Assembly: GCA_045541795.1 (NCBI GenBank)
Contig: JAZQJV010000010.1
Span: 8,333-72,332, forward strand
Length of the DNA: 64,000 bases
Reading direction: 5' to 3'
Source: Patescibacteria group bacterium
Lineage (GTDB): Bacteria; Patescibacteriota; Microgenomatia; UBA1400; PJMF01
Below the pieces are notes generated by a model. It was not told the origin of the DNA and did no database searches. It saw only the letters and a list, made by a program, of their open reading frames with translations. Positions 56,061 to 64,000 of the stretch are shown here, one piece after another. The number at the start of each line of letters is the position of its first letter. Position 1 is the first letter of the stretch. The translations under genes were made by a program, and so were the position numbers.

Positions 56061-57065
56061 CTACAAATCTAGCAGCCACTGCGCCAACTTATGACGCCTG
56101 GTCACTAATTCCAAATAGTCATGCACCTGCGGAGTCGCAAGCTGATTATTCTGATCCTCTTCGCTAGTCACTTCTGGCATCACTGCCTTCATTTGCTGTT
56201 TCATCTCGTCATCACTGGCAGTGATTTTTTCTGCATCCATGAGTGCATCCAGTACAAATTCCACCTGCAAATTTTCCACCGCCTTGAGAGCAAATTGCTG
56301 ATCCAACATTTGTTCATTCACTCCAGCATTTTTGAGATAATCAGCCCAGGTAATTTGGTACTGACCCAAGCGGTTGACCAAGTTCTCATACTCCTGCTGC
56401 GCCCCACGCATGACCAGAGTCCGCGACACCTTAGGGCGAATTTCTTGGATCAAAGCCATCAACGCCTCGTCAGTAGTGCGCGCTTTTAATTGCTCTTCAT
56501 CCAAAAGTTTTGGCGCTTCCTTCTTCTCTTTTTTCGCCTTTTCGATCATCTCCTTTTGCACTTTTTCGAGCTCTTGACGGGCAGTTTTCTTTTTGTCCTG
56601 CAAAAACTTCTTGTAGTCCGGTAATTTGATCTTTGTCCGCTGTGGTAAAGCGACAGTCAGTTCCCAATCAATATTTTTGGCGGCTTTCGTCACCATCACA
56701 TTTGGATCAGCATCTGGCTTGATTTTACTTTCTTCAACAGCTTTCGCCAGCCGACCATTGAGCAGTTGCTGTGTCACTTGATTGATCAAATAATCTGGCC
56801 GGATCCGGTCTTCAGCAATCCGCGCCGGCACTTTTCCCGGGCGGAAACCGTCAACTTTTAGCGTTTTTGCCATCGCACGCAAAACCCGATCATACACGGG
56901 TTGCACTTCTTCCCACTTGATGACGATTTTAATCTCTTGATCATCAGCGATCAATTCTTTGAGCAAATCATCCAGGGTCGGCGCTTTTTCCTGTTTGGCT
57001 GTTTTTTCCTCAGCTGTCGCTGCTTTGGCCGTTACTTTTTGTGTCTTTTTTTCCTCTTTTGTCAT
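56061..57065 (-). CDS. tig: Trigger factor lacking the FKBP PPIase domain
   Basis: Ribosome-binding signature VDGFRPGKVP; LPDYK followed directly by a helical SurA-like C domain. Confidence 0.88.
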   Translation of the reverse strand: MTKEEKKTQKVTAKAATAEEKTAKQEKAPTLDDLLKELIADDQEIKIVIKWEEVQPVYDRVLRAMAKTLKVDGFRPGKVPARIAEDRIRPDYLINQVTQQLLNGRLAKAVEESKIKPDADPNVMVTKAAKNIDWELTVALPQRTKIKLPDYKKFLQDKKKTARQELEKVQKEMIEKAKKEKKEAPKLLDEEQLKARTTDEALMALIQEIRPKVSRTLVMRGAQQEYENLVNRLGQYQITWADYLKNAGVNEQMLDQQFALKAVENLQVEFVLDALMDAEKITASDDEMKQQMKAVMPEVTSEEDQNNQLATPQVHDYLELVTRRHKLAQWLLDL

Positions 57066-57087
57066 AGATCTGCATTATACCACAAAA

Positions 57088-59712
57088 TTAGTCATTTTCG
57101 CTATCCAATTTCTCCGCGCGCAAACGTGTGATCAGCGTCTCTAGCCCCAAAAGAGACATTGTTTGCGGCAATGCCCCCGGCGAAAATTCAGGATTCGCCA
57201 GTTGATAAGCTCCTTGAAGTGCTTGTAGTTTGGCTGCCAGTTGTTGTCTGTCATTTTCACCTCGGCATGAAGCCACCGCTTTTTCCAGAGCTGCTTTGAG
57301 CGTTTCCTTATCAAAAAGTGCCTCCAGATTACTATTATCAGTATCGCCCATAATCCCTTCACGCCCAGTGCCAGCGATCCGATTAAGAGACAGCCCTGCT
57401 GTATTGGCCTCAAACCGCCCTACCGCCGCCAGCAAACTCTCCACATCACCAGTTTGCTGATATACATTCACGTCTTCGCGGATTTTTGCTGCTTGCTGGC
57501 TTATAAGCTTACTTTTGGCAATTTCTACTACCGGGATGTCCCATTGCTCAGCCGCCCGATACGCATTTTCGCGCGATGTATCGCTCATCGTATCGTCCAC
57601 CACCACGCAGTCTGGTTTTACACGCTCTCGCGCCAACACAAACTCATTATAAATACGCACTGAATTTTTTTCTATCTGTGAGCGAGCTACAAAAGTTTGT
57701 TGTCGGCCAGTATTAAAACCATAATTAGCAATATGACTATCCAAATCATAAGGAGAAAACGAAAAAATTTCCTCGCCCGTCAAATTATTAAATCCGTAAA
57801 GCACCCCATCTCCGCGCACAGGCGCTGCGCCCATATTTTCGCTGCTAATAAATGATGTGGACAGGCCATGCGTTTTGAGTGCGTCCACATTTTTCCAAGA
57901 ACTGACATAATCCCGATCACTTAAATCTTTATCCATAGTAAAACCAGTACTATTAGAATGTACAATGAGACAAAAGTCATCATCGAGGGTCGTTTTTTGG
58001 ACAGTGTGCGTGCCAAATGTCACTTCTTCGGCGCGCTGCAAAATCGTCGCGCGCGTTTTATGTAACGCCTCCACATAAGTACTCGCATACAACCGCCGGC
58101 CCACTTCTCTCAAGTGTAGCATTTCGTCACTGCTCAAGCGAAATGTCTGCGTATTCAGTCTACTCAAAATCTGCGCTGCGACTTCATCTTGCTGCTTTTT
58201 GACTAACTCTTTGATCTCGCCATATTCTAGTTCAGGATAGCTCTCAGCCACACTATTCCAGTCTGGCAAGGGAATATTATTCATACTAGCCATGAGTTCT
58301 AATGCTACACCCAAATGAGCTTGGGCATCATCCTGCACCATCGCTTCCACTTCACTCCAGTGTTCATAGCATTGTCCCAACACTTCTGTTACTTCCTCAC
58401 TACTCATCATGAAGAATTTTTGATAATAAAACTGTTTATATCTTTCCAAAGCTTGCTTACCGGCATACTCATTATCACTCGCCGCTCGCACCATTTCTAG
58501 TGACTTTGCTTGTTTGTCTATTTGCGCTCCCAGATTTTTGCTAAAGTCATTGTTTAAATCAACTTTTATTTTTTTGTCATCAGGATCTGTGGCATAAAAC
58601 ATCGCGTAATCCACCAAAGTTTGATCACTCACACTGTTGACCGCAGTAAGCGCCAAGCGATTTTGCCACAAAAAGTCAATGAGCGTCACACTTCGCCGGT
58701 AAAAATCATTACCGCCAGACTCCGCCTGCCAACTTTTCACCAGTAGCGCTAATTTATCAATTAGTGACGGCGTCTCTTCACGCAAACTGTTTAACTTTTC
58801 GGCCAGATCATCAGTAATACCAATTTCTAGTAAAAATTTCTCATCAAATTTATCCAGCAAATCTTCACGCAACATTCGGAAATCAAAAACATGAAAAGAA
58901 TCAGGATAGTTTTCTCGCAATGTGTCATAAGCGCTACGTGCCTTCTCACCAAACTGCCCTTCCTTTACCACTTCGCTTAAAAGTAAAGCACTCTGTCGAC
59001 AAATTTCATCGCCCGGTTGATCACCAATTTTTAATTCTTCCGGCAAACTGCTATCTGCTTTCTTCCAGTTTGCACGCAAACTGTCATAAAGTTCGGGATC
59101 AGCTTTATACAAACGATTGACAAAAACTAAAGCTGGATCAATTACCGTGCCAAACATCGCTACCCGCCGCGGCGCTTGATCTAGCAACACTTTTCCCTGA
59201 TCAATTCTTTTTTGCAACTCTGCTATCACGGCTTGCTGCTCGGTAAAATTGTCCACACAAATCTGTGCCAGCAAATGATCCGGTATCTTGGCCAACAAAT
59301 CAGGCTGCGTCTGTACATAAGCAATGACCTGCTTCCATTGGTCATGCTCCTTACCGTAAAAGCTCGTGCGAAAATTTATCCCCATATCAGCGAAACTATC
59401 TGCCAGACGCAAATTGAGCGCCGCCCGGTCTTGTAGTGGTAGATTAGCATCTACAAGTTCAGCCAACTTACGCGTATGAGCGCTCTGCAACCTTTCCGGC
59501 ACGCTCAAATCTCCATCATTAGGGCCGTCAATGGCCAATGCTGTCGTCTTCACTGTATACTGAGCCTCACTAATTTCTGCTGCTTGCTCTTTGCGTGCCC
59601 TTTGTTCCTGTAAAGCGCGCCAGCGCGTGAGGATTTCACCACTGTCAAGTTCTGCCGACTGACCTGCTACTGTTTCTGGTATTGATGATGTCAATGTTTC
59701 TGCTGGCGACAT
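57088..59712 (-). CDS. Large hypothetical protein; possible ADP-ribosyltransferase-like C-terminal domain
   Basis: 874-aa ORF with a predicted leaderless promoter; helical N region, then LIVH / LSTSFIS / IYNEFVL. The domain call is inference only. Confidence 0.75.
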   Translation of the reverse strand: MSPAETLTSSIPETVAGQSAELDSGEILTRWRALQEQRARKEQAAEISEAQYTVKTTALAIDGPNDGDLSVPERLQSAHTRKLAELVDANLPLQDRAALNLRLADSFADMGINFRTSFYGKEHDQWKQVIAYVQTQPDLLAKIPDHLLAQICVDNFTEQQAVIAELQKRIDQGKVLLDQAPRRVAMFGTVIDPALVFVNRLYKADPELYDSLRANWKKADSSLPEELKIGDQPGDEICRQSALLLSEVVKEGQFGEKARSAYDTLRENYPDSFHVFDFRMLREDLLDKFDEKFLLEIGITDDLAEKLNSLREETPSLIDKLALLVKSWQAESGGNDFYRRSVTLIDFLWQNRLALTAVNSVSDQTLVDYAMFYATDPDDKKIKVDLNNDFSKNLGAQIDKQAKSLEMVRAASDNEYAGKQALERYKQFYYQKFFMMSSEEVTEVLGQCYEHWSEVEAMVQDDAQAHLGVALELMASMNNIPLPDWNSVAESYPELEYGEIKELVKKQQDEVAAQILSRLNTQTFRLSSDEMLHLREVGRRLYASTYVEALHKTRATILQRAEEVTFGTHTVQKTTLDDDFCLIVHSNSTGFTMDKDLSDRDYVSSWKNVDALKTHGLSTSFISSENMGAAPVRGDGVLYGFNNLTGEEIFSFSPYDLDSHIANYGFNTGRQQTFVARSQIEKNSVRIYNEFVLARERVKPDCVVVDDTMSDTSRENAYRAAEQWDIPVVEIAKSKLISQQAAKIREDVNVYQQTGDVESLLAAVGRFEANTAGLSLNRIAGTGREGIMGDTDNSNLEALFDKETLKAALEKAVASCRGENDRQQLAAKLQALQGAYQLANPEFSPGALPQTMSLLGLETLITRLRAEKLDSEND

Positions 59713-59787
59713 GTATTTATTATACCATGAGTGAAAAGATGATTGTGTGAATGATCAAAAATTTCTTTACCGTTTTACTCAATTTCA

Positions 59788-59796
59788 TGTTATAAT
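59788..59796 (+). promoter_or_regulatory. Extended -10 promoter of the glycine-rich cassette
   Basis: TGTTATAAT, 4 nt before the first base of leader stem P1. Confidence 0.75.
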
Positions 59797-59800
59797 ACAA

Positions 59801-60065
59801 CTGTCGCAAGTTACAAAGTAAGTAAATGAAAGGAAAAAGCAAAACTAGTTACAGCACCAAACCCCATGCGTATGACAAAGGCAAATTGCAAGCGCAGCTC
59901 GGACGGAGAAAAAAGCACATGACATTGTTAGCGGGGTAACGCCTGAGCAGGACGCTTTGAGCTAACCTGGATACTTACAATGACTTGCGACAGCTAACGG
60001 TCGTGTGCTTTTTCCTGCGCCAAAAGTGTAGTTTTTCTCAAAAAGATGAAATGAGAAAGGCGAAT
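59801..60065 (+). ncRNA. Putative structured 5' leader RNA (riboswitch-like), copy 2
   Basis: 13-bp P1, GUAAGUA/UACUUAC stem, GUUAGC/GCUAAC hairpin, pseudoknot with two alternative partners. Confidence 0.7.
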
Positions 60066-61256
60066 ATGACGCACTTTTTGTGGCGGGTCTTTTTGGCGGC
60101 GGTTTTGGTTATCATCTCCTCCCCTGCCAGAGGGGAGGTGCCGCGAAGCGACGGAGGGGAGGGAGTTGGTTTGGTGCGCACGGCTCATGCCGCCTCCACC
60201 ACAACCACCAAAAAAATCAAAGATGTACAGCTTAGTGAAGTCATCCAGATTGGTTCCGCTAAGTTTGTCAAGATTACCGCTAATCACTTTCAGGCGGTAA
60301 AGCCGTATGTCTGTGCTGACCCGGTACTCACGTATGCTGGCGCCAGCAAAAATTTCACTTATACGGGAAACTACCAGACGTTTACGGCGTATGCGGGCTG
60401 CCAGTACCGGGTGGAGTTGTGGGGCGCACAGGGGAATGGCGATGACCTATCGACGGGTATTGGTGGATCAGGCGCATATGTGAGTGGCCAAATATTAATG
60501 AGTGATAGATATGATTTATATTTCTACATAGGTCAGCATCTCTCTGAACGTAAGACCGCTTCTTATAATTGCGGATCAACAGGCACAGATAATTCATTTG
60601 GCGGCGGCGGCGCTAGTGATATTCGTACAGTTAGTGGAAGTTGGAATAATATAGATTCGTTACGATCGCGTATCATCGCAGCGGCCAGTGGAGGCGGTGC
60701 GCAAGAATGGGGCACGTGTACTGGAGCAAAAGCTGGCGGCATTAGTGGATATGATGGCAATTTATGCGGACGCAACGATCAAAGTGTGCCTATTGGAGGT
60801 ACGCAGATTAGCGGCGGTAGAACTTGTACAGGCTGCAGACGAGCTGGTAGTGCTGGCTTATTTGGTGAAGGGGGAAATGGCGGCGGCGACTATTATAGAG
60901 CTGGTGGAGGGAGTGGCTGGTATGGTGGTGGAGCCGGAGGTGAGAACTCTCCCTCAGTTACATCTGGTGCCAGTGGCTCCTCTTACATCTCTGGTCACAC
61001 CGGCTGTGTCGCTGTCACCTCACTAAGCGACACTACTCCCAAATCCGGCTGTACCACTGGCACTACTAATAACGCTTGCTCACTTAGTCCTACAGGTTTA
61101 AGTTTCACTGACACCGTGATGATTGACGGTGCTGGTTATTCCTGGACAAACGTGAAAGGCCCACTTCAACCAATGCCCAATCCCTCAGGCGGTTACTACG
61201 CCAGTGGCGTTGGACATACCGGCAATGGTGCTGCCCGCATCACCCGTCTCAATTAG
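60066..61256 (+). CDS. Secreted glycine-rich-domain surface protein (ALK/LTK-type Gly-rich domain)
   Basis: Signal peptide; FTYTG.YQTF, VELWGAQG, GGGGASDIR, RII.A.SGGG, GGGSGWYGG, SSYISG, GNGAARIT. ATG 60066 follows GAAAGG. Confidence 0.88.
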   Translation: MTHFLWRVFLAAVLVIISSPARGEVPRSDGGEGVGLVRTAHAASTTTTKKIKDVQLSEVIQIGSAKFVKITANHFQAVKPYVCADPVLTYAGASKNFTYTGNYQTFTAYAGCQYRVELWGAQGNGDDLSTGIGGSGAYVSGQILMSDRYDLYFYIGQHLSERKTASYNCGSTGTDNSFGGGGASDIRTVSGSWNNIDSLRSRIIAAASGGGAQEWGTCTGAKAGGISGYDGNLCGRNDQSVPIGGTQISGGRTCTGCRRAGSAGLFGEGGNGGGDYYRAGGGSGWYGGGAGGENSPSVTSGASGSSYISGHTGCVAVTSLSDTTPKSGCTTGTTNNACSLSPTGLSFTDTVMIDGAGYSWTNVKGPLQPMPNPSGGYYASGVGHTGNGAARITRLN

Positions 61257-61262
61257 TCACTT

Positions 61263-61290
61263 ACTACTCTTTCTACTTTTTAGATGTGCT
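61263..61290 (+). repeat. 28-nt conserved 3' element, copy 2
   Basis: ACTACTCTTTCTACTTTTTAGATGTGCT, identical to the reverse complement of 21403-21430. Confidence 0.95.
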
Positions 61291-61326
61291 TGCACCTTCA
61301 CTCTCCACACGGAGGATGAAGGTGCA
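61291..61326 (+). terminator. Long hairpin directly after the 28-nt element
   Basis: TGCACCTTCA..CTCC-ACAC-GGAG..TGAAGGTGCA; T run begins a few nt downstream. Confidence 0.7.
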
Positions 61327-61338
61327 CTGCCGTTTTTC

Positions 61339-63027
61339 TCACTTTTTCTTTTTCCCTTCGCCACATGCCAGCAAAATTATTCCTACACCAGACAGCACAC
61401 TCAAGACATCACCACTTATCCTTATCCCTGTCTTTTCCCGCCAGCGCGTGATCACTTCATGCCGACCCACATCCACAATGAAAGCGATCCGCCCGCGGAT
61501 CTGTTCATCATCTACATACCGTACCGCCCTCCCATCCACTACTGTCTCAAATCCCGGGAAATATGCCGTGTGTTCTACCACCACACAAGTATCCTCACAC
61601 TCCAGCGCGTACTTTTTGCGCGTCGTCGTCAAACGTTCCACTTCCAGCAAACGTCCCCGTCCCTTAGCAATTGTCGGCTCACGACTAGCCTCCTCACTGA
61701 TGTCAAAACGAAACGTTAACGGCAAATCTTCACGGCTTGTGGTCGTAGACATGGGATACTGCAAATAGTACTCCCGCTCATGGTGAAAATAATCCTGCGG
61801 TCGTGCCCATCCCAGCACCAAAAACTGGACCGTCAACACACTCGTCCACCACCAATTACTACGTCTTGTCGGCACGAAATTAGCCAGCATTAACACGCCA
61901 CCCAAGCTCACCAACCACCCCAGCCGCCACGGGAACTGGATGAAATTGACAAAAGGTATTCTTTGCCACAGCCAAAAACTATAGTCTGTTTGCGCCCACC
62001 ACAAAAATCCTAGCAATAATATCAGTACGCCGCCCAAACGTGGATAGCAAAAACGGTCCGTTTTTTGACGCCAGCCACAGTATGCCGTCAACCACCAAGC
62101 AAAAGTAACTACCACACCAGCGCCAAAACTCAATCCATCCACCTGGCCCGGCCACGATAAACCGTTATTACTACTAGTCTGCCATAATTGCGCCGCGCGG
62201 GCAAAATGCCACATGTACTCTTGATTCAAGGCGCTCCCGTCCAAAGCCACCAAATTTTTCTCAAAAAAGGCCGGCAACCAAAACCATAAACTACAGCCCA
62301 AACCCAAAAGCGCTATCACGAGTCCCCACCATATTTTGCGCTTACCGGATAACTGCTTAAAATATAGACACTGTCCACATTTTACTGGGAAAAGCCGCCA
62401 CCAAGCATAAGCGATCACTAATGGTGAAGCAAAAAGCACCATCACATTGTGTGATAAAAAGTACGCCGCCAAGCTCACTGCCAAATAACAACTCGCCCAC
62501 TTTTTACCCGCGCGCAGCCGTTCTATCTGCCAGCACACCAGAGGAATCAAGCAATAAATCGCGACTTCCCCAATATTGCCCCGATACCAAATCCCAGCCC
62601 ACAGCGGCGGTGCCAACAAAAAAGCCATCACTGGTAAAACTCGTGACCGCTTGCGGCCAAAAAGATACTCCAGCCAGTAGTAGACACTCACGATCCCCAC
62701 ACTGACAAACATCAAAATCAAAAACTTATATTCCGTTTCGAAATCCACTTTAAGCGCCGTGGGCGGCAAACTCAGAATATTCGCCAACGGATAATTATAA
62801 TTAAAAACCGGATAACCGTAACCATTTTCTAGCATCGGCGCTACCCGTGGGATCAGCTGTCCCTCGCGCGCTGCTAAATAGTACTGAGCAAAACGGGCTA
62901 CATGATTTTCTCCATCATGAGTCACCGGCAAGCCAGGGTGCAAATACGGCCAAAAATACCAAACTAGCACTGCCGTCAGCAATGCTAGACTTGCATACTT
63001 ACTAATTTGCGCCCACCACTTTTTCAT
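61339..63027 (-). CDS. GT-C-like polytopic membrane protein (YfhO/PTPS-related type)
   Basis: THDGENH.AR, GYGYPVFNYNYPL, RGNIGE, SHN, FWLPA..EK, QFPWR, YFPG. Confidence 0.8.
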   Translation of the reverse strand: MKKWWAQISKYASLALLTAVLVWYFWPYLHPGLPVTHDGENHVARFAQYYLAAREGQLIPRVAPMLENGYGYPVFNYNYPLANILSLPPTALKVDFETEYKFLILMFVSVGIVSVYYWLEYLFGRKRSRVLPVMAFLLAPPLWAGIWYRGNIGEVAIYCLIPLVCWQIERLRAGKKWASCYLAVSLAAYFLSHNVMVLFASPLVIAYAWWRLFPVKCGQCLYFKQLSGKRKIWWGLVIALLGLGCSLWFWLPAFFEKNLVALDGSALNQEYMWHFARAAQLWQTSSNNGLSWPGQVDGLSFGAGVVVTFAWWLTAYCGWRQKTDRFCYPRLGGVLILLLGFLWWAQTDYSFWLWQRIPFVNFIQFPWRLGWLVSLGGVLMLANFVPTRRSNWWWTSVLTVQFLVLGWARPQDYFHHEREYYLQYPMSTTTSREDLPLTFRFDISEEASREPTIAKGRGRLLEVERLTTTRKKYALECEDTCVVVEHTAYFPGFETVVDGRAVRYVDDEQIRGRIAFIVDVGRHEVITRWREKTGIRISGDVLSVLSGVGIILLACGEGKKKK

Positions 63028-64000
63028 ATATTTGTACCAATTTTGCCGCCGTCTTTTCCCACGTGAAATTTTGCTGCCACTCGTCAGCTGCAGTGATCAT
63101 TTTCTGCCGCTTTTCTGGCGACAGCGCCGCTACTTTTTTGATCGCTTCCGCAAAATCTTCACCGCGCAGTGAGTCCGCATAAACCGCGTGTTCGCCGCCT
63201 ACTTCCGCTAGCGATGAATTTTTATGACACACCACTAGCGTCTGACAGCGCATCGCTTCCAACACTGGCAGACCAAAGCCTTCCGCACGAGACGGCTGCA
63301 CGTAAGCCAAAGCTCCACCATACAAGCCGCTCAGTTCATCACTACTCGTGACCGTGGTTAGAAATTTCACCCGTCCGCGTACCTCGCTTAAATCTAGTTG
63401 TTCTTGAATAGTGATCCATTCTGGGATCTCGCTGGGCACAAAATTTTTGCCTACCATCACCAATACCATCTCTTCGGGCAAAAACTTCACTGCCTTAATC
63501 AGCTGCGCCAGGTTTTTATTAAAATTGATGTCGCCCACGTACAAAACATACTTTTCCGGCAACGCATAGCTTTTGCGCACCCGGGCAATTTGTTCCCGAC
63601 TCGCCGGCTGTAGCTGGGGATTGGGAGCTAGATAAACCACTTCAACTTTTTCGGCCGCAATTTTAAACTTCTCCACAATATCTTTTTTCGTCGCCTCGGA
63701 GTCGGCCACAATCATATTTGCACGGCGCAGCCGCCTTTTTTGTCCCCATAAATTCCACTTGCCCCGTATACCTGCTGGATAATCACTAGGGTAGAGTAGA
63801 GGGATTAGGTCATGCACAGTCACGACCAGTTTCTGATTTTTACCCACTTTTTTCAAGGTTTTTTTAAACAAGTCAAAAAAAGGATAATGCACCACCTGAG
63901 CTTTTTTTTCTTTGTCCACCACATTCACCAGCTCCAAATCTTTTTGGGCCGCCACCAGCCAATCTGCCGCTCGCCCCACACCTCGTGCCGCCTGTTTTTC
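63002..64000 (-). CDS. Glycosyltransferase family 4, 5' end beyond the window
   Basis: VTVHDLIP, LYVG..NKN, PS..EGFGLPVLEAM, FTWEKTA. Confidence 0.9.
   Translation of the reverse strand, partial: EKQAARGVGRAADWLVAAQKDLELVNVVDKEKKAQVVHYPFFDLFKKTLKKVGKNQKLVVTVHDLIPLLYPSDYPAGIRGKWNLWGQKRRLRRANMIVADSEATKKDIVEKFKIAAEKVEVVYLAPNPQLQPASREQIARVRKSYALPEKYVLYVGDINFNKNLAQLIKAVKFLPEEMVLVMVGKNFVPSEIPEWITIQEQLDLSEVRGRVKFLTTVTSSDELSGLYGGALAYVQPSRAEGFGLPVLEAMRCQTLVVCHKNSSLAEVGGEHAVYADSLRGEDFAEAIKKVAALSPEKRQKMITAADEWQQNFTWEKTAAKLVQIYEKVVGAN

Noticed and set aside
56061-57065. Trigger factor as a pseudogene
   Set aside because: The frame is intact with both N and C domains; PPIase-less trigger factors occur in reduced genomes.
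59876-59941. c-di-GMP-I (GEMM)-like words AAGGCAAA, GGACG and UAGCGGGGU in leader 2
   Set aside because: No GNRA loop, no tetraloop receptor and no proper P2 pairing, and leader 1 lacks these words. An Rfam scan should still confirm.
59985-60065. Upstream in-frame starts for the glycine-rich gene
   Set aside because: They fall inside the leader structure. ATG 60066 has the SD and matches the start context of cassette 1.
1-64000. UGA recoding (genetic code 25) as in Gracilibacteria/Absconditabacteria
   Set aside because: Conserved genes are full length under code 11, and several end in TGA at expected positions (gpsA, sufS, rpmC, pilB).

Overview
This is a chromosomal segment of a Patescibacteria (CPR) bacterium, probably Microgenomates-like and host-associated. 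The assignment is inferred from the S10/spc ribosomal protein cluster lacking rpmD (L30), the CPR-style type IV pilus locus, the PPIase-less trigger factor and several membrane glycosyltransferases. It uses the standard genetic code. Core content: gpsA, rmuC, sufCBDSU, lon, pyk, manA, recF, a cell-envelope glycosylation cluster, hsp20, the rpsJ-rplO operon (not followed by secY), two tRNA-Val genes, infC-rpmI-rplT, PBP1A, GH18, an ATP-grasp/7TM pair, LOG, PfkB, miaB/miaA, pilB/pilT/pilC/pilD with three pilins, a holB-like gene and tig. The main unexplained signal is a pair of loci about 37 kb apart on opposite strands (21377-23019 minus; 59788-61326 plus) with the same architecture. Each has a consensus promoter, then a long structured 5' leader (closing stem at the predicted TSS, GUAAG/CUUAC inner stem, pseudoknot with a competing pairing), then a GAAAGGYGAMUAUG start. 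The protein has a signal peptide and a homologous ~40-aa N-terminal module but an unrelated passenger domain (FISUMP/CLec-like vs glycine-rich). An identical 28-nt sequence follows the stop codon, then a hairpin. This looks like a family of RNA-framed, modular surface-protein cassettes. Also seen: widespread predicted leaderless transcription, a 101-bp dispersed AT-rich repeat with CIRCE-geometry palindromes, and several phased intergenic repeats. All alignments and folds were done by eye.
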